From: a virus
Taxonomy: Duplodnaviria; Caudoviricetes
Virus record (IMG/VR): IMGVR_UViG_3300015214_000034
Location: 4,313-68,312 of that record
Direction: 5' to 3' (one strand)
Length of the DNA stretch: 64,000 bases
Numbering within the stretch: position 1 is the stretch's first letter; the number at the start of each line of letters is the position of its first letter. Below, piece after piece: positions 1 to 8,789 of the stretch. Both the position numbers and the translations under genes were made by a program. The notes beneath the pieces are model-generated. The model was not told the DNA's origin. It made no database searches and saw nothing but the letters and a program-made list of their open reading frames with translations.

Positions 1-1
1 G

Positions 2-796
2 CGGCTGGCCGACGCCGGCTTCCCGGTCAACAAGCTATGGCACATCGCCAAGGCCGAGTGGGAGGCCGCGCGCAATGGCCGGACACCATTGCCGGCCAAG
101 CACTACGACCAGATGATCACCGACCGCGACCGGATCACGGCCAACAGTCAGATCGCCCCGCTCCTGCAAGGCGGCGAGGCCGAGGTTTCGATCTTCTGGA
201 CCGATGAGCATGGCGTCCAGATGAAGGCCCGCGTGGACTATCTGACGCGCGATCATTGGGCCGACTTCAAGACGTTCGACAACAGCCGGGGCAAGCATCT
301 GCGGCAGGCGCTGGTCGATGCTGTGCGATACAACCGCTACTACATTCAGGCCCCGGTCTATCGCGAGGCAATCGAGCAGATCAGGATGAACGGCCTCCAG
401 ATTATCGAGGCGCAGACCGATGATCAGCAAGCCCTCGTCGCCGCGCTCCAGATGAAGCCGGGCGAATTGGCTTGCTGGTATATCTTTCAGGAGAAGGGCG
501 GCATCCCGAACCTGCTGGCCTATGAGTTCCCGTTCTACTCGGTCCCCTACACCCGCCTGTTCGAAGCCGATGCGTTCGCCAAGGACGAGGCCCGCAAAAA
601 GGCGGTGCTGGAGGCGCAGAAATCGCGGACATCGCTGTTCATCAAAGGTGCCGGCGAGGTCTTGCAGGCGAAAAAGCTGTTTGTCCTCTACAGCCAAGTC
701 TATCAGCCCGGCGAGCCGTGGGCACCGATTGAAGCGGTGGGCACGTTCAGCGACGAGGACTTTCATCCATATTGGCTTGAAGGCTCGCTGGTATGA
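2..796 (+). CDS. PD-(D/E)XK exonuclease, RecE/exonuclease VIII-like (5'-truncated by window edge)
   Basis: Frame open from position 2; KARVDYL...ADFKT nuclease motif and RYNRYYIQAPVY; lies upstream of ERF and SSB. Confidence 0.7.
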   Translation, partial: RLADAGFPVNKLWHIAKAEWEAARNGRTPLPAKHYDQMITDRDRITANSQIAPLLQGGEAEVSIFWTDEHGVQMKARVDYLTRDHWADFKTFDNSRGKHLRQALVDAVRYNRYYIQAPVYREAIEQIRMNGLQIIEAQTDDQQALVAALQMKPGELACWYIFQEKGGIPNLLAYEFPFYSVPYTRLFEADAFAKDEARKKAVLEAQKSRTSLFIKGAGEVLQAKKLFVLYSQVYQPGEPWAPIEAVGTFSDEDFHPYWLEGSLV

Positions 797-1197
797 TGGA
801 GCGGTGGAAACCCGTCGTCGGCTACGAGGGCCTATACGAAGTCAGCGATCAGGGGCGCGTGCGCAGCTTGGATCGCTGGTATGATCGCCCCGCGTCCCGG
901 CGCAAACCGAAGCCGTGGCGTCGCTGCTACCCCGGCCAGATGATCAGCGTCGCGCCGAACGGGGCGGGCTATCCCCGGGTCAACCTCCATCGCAACCGAA
1001 AGCGCGAGGAAAAGCTGGTCCACTGGCTCGTGCTGGAGGCGTTCGTCGGGCCTTGCCCGGCCGGGGAGGAGGGCTTGCACGGCAACGACATCAAGACCGA
1101 CAACCGGCTGTCGAACCTGCGGTGGGGCACCCGCTCCGACAATGTGAAGGACGCGATCAGGAACGGACGCGCTTTCCCGTTCAGGAGGGCGGCATGA
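793..1197 (+). CDS. NUMOD4 + HNH homing endonuclease
   Basis: ERWKPVVGYEGLYEVSDQGRVRS (NUMOD4); VHWLVLEAF...H.NDIKTDNRLSNLRWGT (HNH). Confidence 0.9.
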   Translation: MMERWKPVVGYEGLYEVSDQGRVRSLDRWYDRPASRRKPKPWRRCYPGQMISVAPNGAGYPRVNLHRNRKREEKLVHWLVLEAFVGPCPAGEEGLHGNDIKTDNRLSNLRWGTRSDNVKDAIRNGRAFPFRRAA

Positions 1198-1919
1198 CCG
1201 ATCTTCTCGGCCAGCCGGACCCGATAATCCGGGTCGTCGATTTCGAGGCCACCGGCCTTGAGATCGGCGCGGCGGTGGTCGAGGTCGGGTTCACTGATCT
1301 GAACGCGGCCACCCGGGAAATCGGGGCGACCAGCGCCACGCTTTGCCGGGTCGCCCAGATGCCGCCAGCGACCCGGGCCATCCACCATATCCGCGCCGAA
1401 GATACGGCGGGCTTTCCGCCCTACGATCGCCGCTGCCTCTATGAGGACGCGGTGCGCGCCGGGGTCTATGCTTGGGCGGCGCACAGCGCGCAGTTCGAGG
1501 AGCGCTATCTGATCGGATCGCTCCCGACCTTTTGCACCAACAAGGCGGCGTTGCGCCTCTGGCCGGACGCGCCAGGCCACAGCGTTTTCGCGCTCCTCTA
1601 TTGGCTGGAGGATCAGGGCCGGGTCACGTTCGATCAGGCCCGCGCCCACCCCCCGCATCGCGCCGGCCCCGACAGCTACGCCACCGCCGTGCTGTTGAAG
1701 GCGATGCTGGACGAGGGGCTGACAGGCCGGACGCTGCGGGAATGGAGCGCCGAGCCGAGGATATTCCCGACATGCCCAATCGGGGATTGGCGCGGCCGGC
1801 CATGGGCCGACTGCGATTGGGGCTTCCTGCAATGGATTTTACGCAAGATCGAAGACCCGGAGATCCGCTTCAACGCGGCGCTCGAACTTGAACGAAGGGA
1901 ACACAGCGATGAACGATAA
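1194..1919 (+). CDS. DEDDh 3'-5' exonuclease (ExoX/DnaQ-like)
   Basis: DFEATG, AHSAQFE, HRAGPDS exonuclease motifs; ATG at 1194 overlaps upstream stop. Confidence 0.85.
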   Translation: MTDLLGQPDPIIRVVDFEATGLEIGAAVVEVGFTDLNAATREIGATSATLCRVAQMPPATRAIHHIRAEDTAGFPPYDRRCLYEDAVRAGVYAWAAHSAQFEERYLIGSLPTFCTNKAALRLWPDAPGHSVFALLYWLEDQGRVTFDQARAHPPHRAGPDSYATAVLLKAMLDEGLTGRTLREWSAEPRIFPTCPIGDWRGRPWADCDWGFLQWILRKIEDPEIRFNAALELERREHSDER

Positions 1920-3084
1920 GACCAAGACCAGCGAGCCGGTGACGGCCGATTTCACCGAGGAGGTCGCCCCCGCTGGCGGTCGCGATCTGGCCACCCGGGA
2001 AGATCAGGGCCGCTCGATTTCCACCACTGGCGAGCAGTCGGCGTGGAACCCGATGGCCATGATGTCGATGGTCCGCGAACTGGCGCTCGACGAGCGGATC
2101 GACGGCACGAAGCTGGAGACGATCATGCGCGTCGCCAACGAACAGCAGGACCGGGCGCGCGAGATCGAGTTCTATCAGGACAAGAACAAGGCGGTGCGCG
2201 ACATGCCGCTGATCCGCAAGGACGGCCGGATCGTCATCCTCGACAAGCAAAACCCCGAGGACATGAGTAAGGCCCGGGTGCAGGGGCATTTCGAGAAATG
2301 GCCCGATGTGCAGGCGGCGATCACCCCGGTTCTGGACCGATACAATCTGACCCTGACCCACAAGATCGACCATGCCGACGGCCAGACGGTCGTCATCGCC
2401 GTGCTGACCCATGACAACGGCTATCGCGAGGAAAGCGGGCCGATGCGGCTCCCGATTGATTCCAGCGGCGGCAAGAACAACGTCCAAGGGGCCGGCTCCT
2501 CGCAGACCTATGGGATGCGCTACACCGCCCGGGCCATCTGCGGCCTCAAGTTGGTCGGCGGCCAGCAGGACGACGACGGCAATCTGACCGCGATGTCGGA
2601 CGAGCCGCTGAACGATCAGCAGGCGCGGCGGCTTGAGGAGGCACAGCGCGCGGCCGAGCGTGGCCCCGAAGCCTATGAGACGTGGTTCTCGTCGATCCCG
2701 GCCATCGACCGGGCGTGGATGATCCAGTCCGGCCGTCACGCCGCCCTCGGCGGCAAGGCGGCGCTCCCGGGCACCAAGCCGGAGCCGAAGGCCGACAGCG
2801 CGCCGAACGATCAGGGCGGTGCCCCCAAGGGCAACGGGGGACGCAAGGGGCCGACGACGACGCCGGAGGACTGGACCAAGCAGTATGAGGCCGATTGTGC
2901 TGCGGCGGCCGATCTGGGCACGCTGGCCGAATTGCAGGACCGCCAGCGCAAGACGCTGAACGCCCTCAAGGAGCGCGACAAGGCCCTCCATGATCGCTGC
3001 GTCAAGGCCGGCTCCGACGCCTACTCCCGGCTGTCCGGCCAGGATGGCGGCGACGGCGATATGTTCGGCGGGGAGCAGGGCTGA
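1909..3084 (+). CDS. ERF-family single-strand annealing protein
   Basis: GKNNVQGAGSSQTYGMRY ERF signature. Confidence 0.85.
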   Translation: MNDKTKTSEPVTADFTEEVAPAGGRDLATREDQGRSISTTGEQSAWNPMAMMSMVRELALDERIDGTKLETIMRVANEQQDRAREIEFYQDKNKAVRDMPLIRKDGRIVILDKQNPEDMSKARVQGHFEKWPDVQAAITPVLDRYNLTLTHKIDHADGQTVVIAVLTHDNGYREESGPMRLPIDSSGGKNNVQGAGSSQTYGMRYTARAICGLKLVGGQQDDDGNLTAMSDEPLNDQQARRLEEAQRAAERGPEAYETWFSSIPAIDRAWMIQSGRHAALGGKAALPGTKPEPKADSAPNDQGGAPKGNGGRKGPTTTPEDWTKQYEADCAAAADLGTLAELQDRQRKTLNALKERDKALHDRCVKAGSDAYSRLSGQDGGDGDMFGGEQG

Positions 3085-3563
3085 TGGCGTTCTACATCAA
3101 CCGCGTGACCATCGTCGGCCGCTTGGGCGCTGATGCCGAAATGCGATCATTCCAGAACGGCGGCGCGGTGGTCAATTTCCGCGTCGCCACGTCCGAGACG
3201 TGGAAGGACCGCAACGGCGAGAAGCAAGAGCGCACCGAATGGCACACCATCGCCGTTTTCGCGAAATGGCTGATCGACGACGCCTCCAAGCTGCGGAAGG
3301 GCGACATGGTGATGATCGAGGGGATGCAGCAAACCCGGAAGTGGCAAGATCAGGGCGGCAACGACCGCTACAGCACCGAGTGCGTCCTCAAGGGCTTTGA
3401 GCACACCTTGTTCAAGATGGCCCCGCGTGATCGCCAGCAGGGCGGCGGCGGCGGTGGTCGCCGCGATGACTATGGCGGCGGCGGCGGATCGTCGGGCGGC
3501 TTCGGCGGCTCGTCTGGCGGCGGCGGATTCCAAGACGATCTCGACGACGACGTTCCTTTTTGA
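3084..3563 (+). CDS. ssb: Single-stranded DNA-binding protein
   Basis: INRVTIVGRLGAD...TEWH, Gly-rich linker, acidic DDDVPF tail. Confidence 0.97.
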   Translation: MAFYINRVTIVGRLGADAEMRSFQNGGAVVNFRVATSETWKDRNGEKQERTEWHTIAVFAKWLIDDASKLRKGDMVMIEGMQQTRKWQDQGGNDRYSTECVLKGFEHTLFKMAPRDRQQGGGGGGRRDDYGGGGGSSGGFGGSSGGGGFQDDLDDDVPF

Positions 3564-3565
3564 GC

Positions 3566-4015
3566 ATGGCCGGCCCCGCTCCCCTTCCCCCACGCGACGG
3601 CGACAAGATTCAGGCTCGCCAGCGCATCAATGTCGAGGTCCGCACAGGGCATCGTCCGCACCCGAACACCCTACCTTGCGTCGATTGCGGGCACGTCTGG
3701 CGCGAAGGGGAGCGGCGGCACGAATACGACCATTATCGCGGCTATGGGGCTGATCATCATTACGATGTCGAGCCGGTATGCACCCTTTGCCATGCGCGCC
3801 GCGATAGCGAGAAAGCGAACCAGACTCATTGCAAGTCAGGACACCCCTTTAATGAGGAAAACACGGGACGAAAGGCAAACGGCACAAGGTTTTGCCGAGA
3901 ATGCCAGCGCATCCATGACCGGAAAAGGAAACGACCAGATGGCTACTGGACCAGAGAAAACCGCCGCAAAAGAGAAGCTAAAGCGGCTGCTCGAAAGAGA
4001 GGGGACGGGGATTAG
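3566..4015 (+). CDS. HNH-like/zinc-binding protein
   Basis: CVDC...HEYDHY...VCTLCH plus THCKSGHPF...FCREC motif typical of phage HNH-associated domains. Confidence 0.55.
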   Translation: MAGPAPLPPRDGDKIQARQRINVEVRTGHRPHPNTLPCVDCGHVWREGERRHEYDHYRGYGADHHYDVEPVCTLCHARRDSEKANQTHCKSGHPFNEENTGRKANGTRFCRECQRIHDRKRKRPDGYWTRENRRKREAKAAARKRGDGD

Positions 4016-4823
4016 TTGGGCCGATCTGACGATGAATCCGTGGATAGGCTGCACCAAAGTCAGCCCCGCGTGTGATCATTGCTATGCCGAAGATCTGGCA
4101 ACCAACCGCCTCGGCGTCGAATGGGGGCCGGGCGCACCCCGCCGCCGCACCGCGCCCGGAACATGGGCCAAGGTCGCCCGCTGGAATCGGATAGCCGAGG
4201 AGGCTGGTGAGCGGCTGACCGTGTTCTGCGCCAGCTTGGCCGATGTCCTCGACAATGCCGTCGATGATCAGTGGCGGCGCGATCTGGCGGCACAGATCAT
4301 CGCGACTCCATGGCTCGACTGGATGCTGTTGACAAAGCGCATCGGCAACGCCCGCAAGATGCTGTCGGCGATGTTCCCCGATGGGGTGCCGCCCAACGTC
4401 GCGCTCGGCGTCACCATCGCCAACCAAGAGGAGGCCGACCGCGATTTGCCCCGGGCGCTTTCGGTCAAGGCTGGCCTCGGCATCAAGCGCCTGTTCGTCT
4501 CGATGGAGCCGCTGCTTGGCCCGGTCGATATCAGCCGGTTCCTTTCGGCCATCGACCTTGTGATTGTCGGCGGCGAGAGCGGCAAGGACGCGCGGATCAT
4601 GCAACTCGATTGGGTTCGCTCGCTACGCGACCAGACGAAAGCGGCCGGCGTGCCGTTCCATTTCAAACAATGGGGAGAGTGGATCGCGACAGCGCAGATC
4701 GGCTTCCACGGATTCGAACGGTGCCGGCGCGTCGATATCGCGCCGCACGCCTATTTGCGGGTGGGGGTCCGTCGTTCTGGGCACACCATCGACGGGTTTG
4801 AGCACAGGGAGCACTTTCAATGA
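3939..4823 (+). CDS. DUF5131 (Gp37/Gp68-like) radical-SAM-like protein
   Basis: ISWADLTMNPWIGCTKVSPACDHCYAE; LLTKR; SMEPLLG; IVGGESG; FHFKQWG; start chosen from AAGGAA RBS. Confidence 0.88.
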   Translation: MATGPEKTAAKEKLKRLLEREGTGISWADLTMNPWIGCTKVSPACDHCYAEDLATNRLGVEWGPGAPRRRTAPGTWAKVARWNRIAEEAGERLTVFCASLADVLDNAVDDQWRRDLAAQIIATPWLDWMLLTKRIGNARKMLSAMFPDGVPPNVALGVTIANQEEADRDLPRALSVKAGLGIKRLFVSMEPLLGPVDISRFLSAIDLVIVGGESGKDARIMQLDWVRSLRDQTKAAGVPFHFKQWGEWIATAQIGFHGFERCRRVDIAPHAYLRVGVRRSGHTIDGFEHREHFQ

Positions 4824-5341
4824 CCGAGACGCATATCAGCACGAAGGACAAGCCCGGCGATTACGACGCCATCGAGACGGCCAAGCCGGGTGAGCCGCTG
4901 TTCGCAATTCAGGGCGGCGACCCCCTTGGCCCCAAGACCGTGCTTTTCTGGGCGGGCGAGGCGCGCAAGCTGGCCGGCGAAACCGAGAACGAAAAGGACC
5001 GCGAACGCCTGCTCCGCAAGGCGACCATGGCCGAGGAGGTCGCTTGGGCGATGCAGGAGTATCAGCGCGGGGTCGCGCCGCCAGAGGAAGTCCGGGCCAA
5101 CTATGCCGACGAGGGCCTGTCATTGCCGGGCGACCCGAGCGACCGGGTGAAGATCCGTTCCGCCCTGATCGCCGCCGTCGGCCGGCTGAACAACGCGGTC
5201 GGCATCGCCAAGGAGGTCGAGGAGGCCCTTGCCGTCATGGAGCAGCACCCCGAGGCGCAAGCCGTCATCCTGAACGGCGTCGATGAACTCAAGGACGCCG
5301 CCGCCCTAATCGAGCCGCGACGCGGCAACGAACGATCCTGA
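4820..5341 (+). CDS. Hypothetical protein
   Basis: ORF coupled to neighbours by ATGA overlap. Confidence 0.6.
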   Translation: MTETHISTKDKPGDYDAIETAKPGEPLFAIQGGDPLGPKTVLFWAGEARKLAGETENEKDRERLLRKATMAEEVAWAMQEYQRGVAPPEEVRANYADEGLSLPGDPSDRVKIRSALIAAVGRLNNAVGIAKEVEEALAVMEQHPEAQAVILNGVDELKDAAALIEPRRGNERS

Positions 5342-5364
5342 TCAGACCACCACGGAGAACCAGA

Positions 5365-5997
5365 ATGGACGATATCAGCCCGGAAATGGCCGACGCAGCG
5401 GCCCGCCACATCAAAGGCGCGACAATCGCTTGGGGGGCGGGTCAGTGCTACGACTTCGACCAGCCGAACCCCGAGATCATCACCATTGAGGACGTGGCCT
5501 ATGCGCTGGCCTATACCGTGCGCTGGCGCGGCCAGGCGCGCGCGAACGGCCGGCGCGTGTTCTACGGCGTCGGCCAGCACGTCGTCTTCGGGACCGAGGA
5601 AATGCTGGCGGCCGGCCACAGCCGCGCCGACGCGCTGGCGTTCCTGTTCCACGAGCCGGACGAGATCGTCCTGCCCGATTTCCCCGGGCCGGCGAAGAAC
5701 TGCGTCCCCGGCTTTCGCGCCTTCGCCAAGCGGCAGGGCGTCGCGCTCCTCGATCGCTTCGGCGTCCGCATTCCGAACCCTGATCTGGTCAAGGCTTGGG
5801 ACATGCGGATGATGGTCACGGAAAAGCGCGATCTGATGCCCGGGCACGAGGGCGACCGCTTCCACAGCAGCGACCGCAAGACGATCATGGAGGCCGAGTT
5901 CCCGCCTTTCGAGCGGCGCATCTATCCATACCCCCACCCTGATCAGGCCGCGATGCGGTTTCTCGGTCTGTGGGCCGAATTGCGGGAGGCGGCATGA
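5365..5997 (+). CDS. HD-superfamily (YfbR-like nucleotidase) phage protein with degenerate motifs
   Basis: ITIEDVAYALA..RWRGQ..FYGVGQH..LFHEPDE..D..MMVTEKRDLM pattern; CCACCACGGAGA RBS. Confidence 0.7.
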   Translation: MDDISPEMADAAARHIKGATIAWGAGQCYDFDQPNPEIITIEDVAYALAYTVRWRGQARANGRRVFYGVGQHVVFGTEEMLAAGHSRADALAFLFHEPDEIVLPDFPGPAKNCVPGFRAFAKRQGVALLDRFGVRIPNPDLVKAWDMRMMVTEKRDLMPGHEGDRFHSSDRKTIMEAEFPPFERRIYPYPHPDQAAMRFLGLWAELREAA

Positions 5998-6314
5998 TGG
6001 GCGATCTGTTCGACTATGGCGCGCCGCCTGATCCGTGGCCCATCGAATCCGGCATCCCTATCAGCCGGGACGAAAGCCCGCGCCAGCGCACCAAATGGGC
6101 GAGGCCCGATTTCCAGACGCAACTTGCCCGGCTGGAGGTCGGCCAGTCCTTTACCGTCACGCCTGAAATGTGCGGCGGCGCACCACTGATCGTCGTCCAG
6201 AATCTCGCGTCGGGTGCGGCGGCGACCTATTGCAAGGGCTTCACACCCGGCGCTCGGCGCTTCACGACACGCCAGATCGGCGGGCGCTTCGTGCGGGTCT
6301 GGAGGACCGTTTGA
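5994..6314 (+). CDS. Small hypothetical protein, possibly DNA-binding
   Basis: LEVGQSFTV...VRVWR pattern seen in small phage proteins. Confidence 0.5.
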   Translation: MMGDLFDYGAPPDPWPIESGIPISRDESPRQRTKWARPDFQTQLARLEVGQSFTVTPEMCGGAPLIVVQNLASGAAATYCKGFTPGARRFTTRQIGGRFVRVWRTV

Positions 6315-7387
6315 GCGCCTATTACAACGAGAACGACCCGGTTTCTGCCGAGTGGCTGCGCCGCCTGATCGCGGCCGGCCTGTTACCGGACGGCGAGGTC
6401 GATGAAAGGGATATCCGCGATGTCGCGCCAGCCGAGCTTATTCGATTCACCCAATGCCACTTCTTCGCCGGCATCGGCATCTGGCCTCTCGCCCTCCGAC
6501 GCGCCGGCTGGCCCGACGACCGACCTATCTGGACCGGATCATGCCCATGCCAGCCTTTCTCCTCGGCAGGCACAGGAGAAGGGTTTGCTGATGAGCGGCA
6601 CCTTTGGCCGCACTGGCATTGGCTTATCCAGCACTGCCGGCCTCGGGTCATTGCTGGCGAGCAGGTTGCGACGAAAGACGGCCTCGGGTGGCACGATCTT
6701 GTATCGGACGATCTGGACGGAACAGGCTACGCCTGCGGGGCGGTCATTATCAGCGCTGCGGGCTTCGGGCTGGACTGGCGGGGCAGCGCCGAAGCGCGGC
6801 GCTTGGAACGGGCCATACGCCTTTGCGGAGATCCCATGGTCGCCCGGCACATGGCTTCCTTTGCCCGTTGGGCTGATCAGGCTCTTGCAATCGGCGGGTT
6901 CCATATCCGGGAACGCCAATACTTTGTCGGGCTGGAGCACAGCGAGTGCGCGCGACTGGAAGGACAGCGAGGGCATGGCGACGATGCGGCCGGATGGGAG
7001 CCGCGACAGGCTGGACCAGCTACCCCGGCAGGCCCTCTTGGCGGGCTGGCCGACGGCGATGGCGGGGACGCCGCGCCAGAACGGCCACAGCTACGCCGGG
7101 AACAACGACCAGAGCAGGAACACGATGGCGCTGGTCGGGGCGGACGTGGCTGGAGCGACGATCACGCCTCTGCCGGATTGGGGGCCGGCCAGGATGACAA
7201 TCGACGGGGAGATTTTGACTGGCTGTTCTGCCGGGATGGAGAGTGGCGGCCTGTTGGACCCGGAACATTCCCGCTGGTTGATGCGAATCCCGGCCGAATG
7301 GGCGCGCTACGCGCCTACGGAAACGCCCTCGACGCTGAAACGGCAACAGCGTTCGTGAGGACGCTCATGGAGATCTTGCCGGCATGA
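6311..7387 (+). CDS. C5-cytosine DNA methyltransferase, large (alpha-like) polypeptide
   Basis: TTG start after GGAGG; FFAGIG (motif I), GSCPCQPFS (IV), GEQV (VI), HIRERQYFVG (VIII), LRAYGNA (X). Confidence 0.9.
   Translation: MSAYYNENDPVSAEWLRRLIAAGLLPDGEVDERDIRDVAPAELIRFTQCHFFAGIGIWPLALRRAGWPDDRPIWTGSCPCQPFSSAGTGEGFADERHLWPHWHWLIQHCRPRVIAGEQVATKDGLGWHDLVSDDLDGTGYACGAVIISAAGFGLDWRGSAEARRLERAIRLCGDPMVARHMASFARWADQALAIGGFHIRERQYFVGLEHSECARLEGQRGHGDDAAGWEPRQAGPATPAGPLGGLADGDGGDAAPERPQLRREQRPEQEHDGAGRGGRGWSDDHASAGLGAGQDDNRRGDFDWLFCRDGEWRPVGPGTFPLVDANPGRMGALRAYGNALDAETATAFVRTLMEILPA
6420..7358 (+). CDS. Nested alternative-frame MTase polypeptide (beta-like; TRD and motif IX)
   Basis: 312-codon ORF inside the MTase gene in another frame, GAAAGGGA RBS; WSTASARDWKD, RLDQLPRQA, LLDPEHSRWLMRIPAEW. 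Confidence 0.75.
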   Translation: MSRQPSLFDSPNATSSPASASGLSPSDAPAGPTTDLSGPDHAHASLSPRQAQEKGLLMSGTFGRTGIGLSSTAGLGSLLASRLRRKTASGGTILYRTIWTEQATPAGRSLSALRASGWTGGAAPKRGAWNGPYAFAEIPWSPGTWLPLPVGLIRLLQSAGSISGNANTLSGWSTASARDWKDSEGMATMRPDGSRDRLDQLPRQALLAGWPTAMAGTPRQNGHSYAGNNDQSRNTMALVGADVAGATITPLPDWGPARMTIDGEILTGCSAGMESGGLLDPEHSRWLMRIPAEWARYAPTETPSTLKRQQRS

Positions 7388-7572
7388 TCGAGGTTTTTCC
7401 TGTCGGCAATCGCTGGACGTGGACGCTGATCTGTGCGGCCGGCCGCGTGCTGGTCTATACCCCGGAAAGCTGGCCGTCCGATGGAGAGGCCGCCGCCGCT
7501 GCGAAAGCCTATCGGGCCGCCTTCTGGGCGCTGGCCGACCAGATCGACCATAGACAGGCCCGGGCGATCTGA
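7384..7572 (+). CDS. Small hypothetical protein
   Basis: ORF coupled to MTase stop. Confidence 0.55.
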   Translation: MIEVFPVGNRWTWTLICAAGRVLVYTPESWPSDGEAAAAAKAYRAAFWALADQIDHRQARAI

Positions 7573-7676
7573 CGGCCCGGAGACGGCCAACGTCGAAGTG
7601 CCGGGCAACCGAGGCCAGATAGCAAAGCCGACGCGCTGGCCGCGCGCGCTCCGAATCCGACTAATGCGTTTTTCAG

Positions 7677-7724
7677 TTGCTGCGACCATCGCAGCAAGGC
7701 AACACGGCGTCACCACCACGGAGA
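7677..7724 (+). promoter_or_regulatory. Promoter/operator: TTGCTG -35 overlapping palindrome GCTGCGA-CCA-TCGCAGC, followed by CCACCACGGAGA RBS
   Basis: Perfect 7-3-7 inverted repeat at 7679-7695; near-identical copy at 45883-45933. Confidence 0.65.
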
Positions 7725-7729
7725 CGACC

Positions 7730-8122
7730 ATGAGCCAGAGCAAACCGACCATCGCCGAACGCGCCCGGGACGCCATCTGTCCCGAATGCGGCGGCCAGGT
7801 TGTGCGCCGGAGCGCACGCGGCCCCAAGCCCACCTTCTGCTCGCCGAAGTGCAAGCGCGATCACGGCAACCGCCACATCGTCGAAGGCCGGGCGGTGATC
7901 GCTCTCCTCAAGGCATGGCGCATAGATCGGGGCACCGGGGAGATCGCTAAGACCGCCCTGACCCAAATGTGCCAGATCGTCGATCAGTTCAACGCGCAGG
8001 ATCGCGACGCCGGGCGTCCCCGGGCCGATCTCTACGCCGCGAAACTGATGCAGGACGGGCGGCTTTTCATGGATCGCCAGAACCAGAAGAACGCCGCACG
8101 CGCGGGGGGCGACAGCGAATAG
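7730..8122 (+). CDS. Zinc-ribbon hypothetical protein
   Basis: CPEC...FCSPKC; strong RBS. Confidence 0.65.
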   Translation: MSQSKPTIAERARDAICPECGGQVVRRSARGPKPTFCSPKCKRDHGNRHIVEGRAVIALLKAWRIDRGTGEIAKTALTQMCQIVDQFNAQDRDAGRPRADLYAAKLMQDGRLFMDRQNQKNAARAGGDSE

Positions 8123-8196
8123 GCTGCGACCGTCGCATTTAATCGTTGCTGCGACGATGGCAGCGCGGCAACACAACCCCACCACCACCACGGAGA
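8123..8196 (+). promoter_or_regulatory. Two further operator copies (8123-8139, 8148-8164) and CCACCACGGAGA RBS
   Basis: GCTGCGACCGTCGCATT and GCTGCGACGATGGCAGC; TTGCTG at 8146. Confidence 0.6.
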
Positions 8197-8205
8197 ATCA
8201 ATACC

Positions 8206-8697
8206 ATGACCAAGATCACGACTCTGGACCGCACGGCCCTCAAGAACCTGCGCGAGCCTATCGAAGCGGAACTCAAGGCGCTCGGCGAGCGGCTCGGCCT
8301 TTCGCTGACCCTCGGCAGCGGCACCTTCGGCGATGGTGCCGAGGCATCGTTTAAGCTGATTCTCAAGGTCGATGACCCCGAGGTCAAGAACGCCGCCGCG
8401 CAGGCCGCGTGGGACCGCAATTGCCGCTACATCGGCATCGACTTCAACAAGCCGGAGGAGACGGGCCTGCGCCCCGAGGATTTCGGCACCGAGTTCCCTT
8501 ATGGCGGCGGCACCTATCGCACCACCGGGATCGCCCTCAAGGGCCGGGGATCGCAGAAATATCCGATCCTCGCCGAGATCGTCACGGCCGGCCCGCGCGG
8601 CAAGGGCCAGCCCGGCCAGACCATGATGCTGCCCGAGACGGCAGTGCCCATGATCAGGGCCGCGACGGACGCCGCCAAGGCGAAAGCTGCGGCCTGA
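8206..8697 (+). CDS. Hypothetical protein
   Basis: ORF with strong RBS and typical codon usage. Confidence 0.7.
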   Translation: MTKITTLDRTALKNLREPIEAELKALGERLGLSLTLGSGTFGDGAEASFKLILKVDDPEVKNAAAQAAWDRNCRYIGIDFNKPEETGLRPEDFGTEFPYGGGTYRTTGIALKGRGSQKYPILAEIVTAGPRGKGQPGQTMMLPETAVPMIRAATDAAKAKAAA

Positions 8698-8789
8698 CCC
8701 CCCGGGAGGGCGGGGGCCGCGCGCTCCCGCCCCGACGATGGGGCCAGACCCCCACCGGCCATCTGGCCACCCACCACAGGAGAATGACG

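Noticed and set aside
3470-3530. GGC-rich repeats as a regulatory or mobile repeat
   Set aside because: Simply encode the Gly-rich SSB linker
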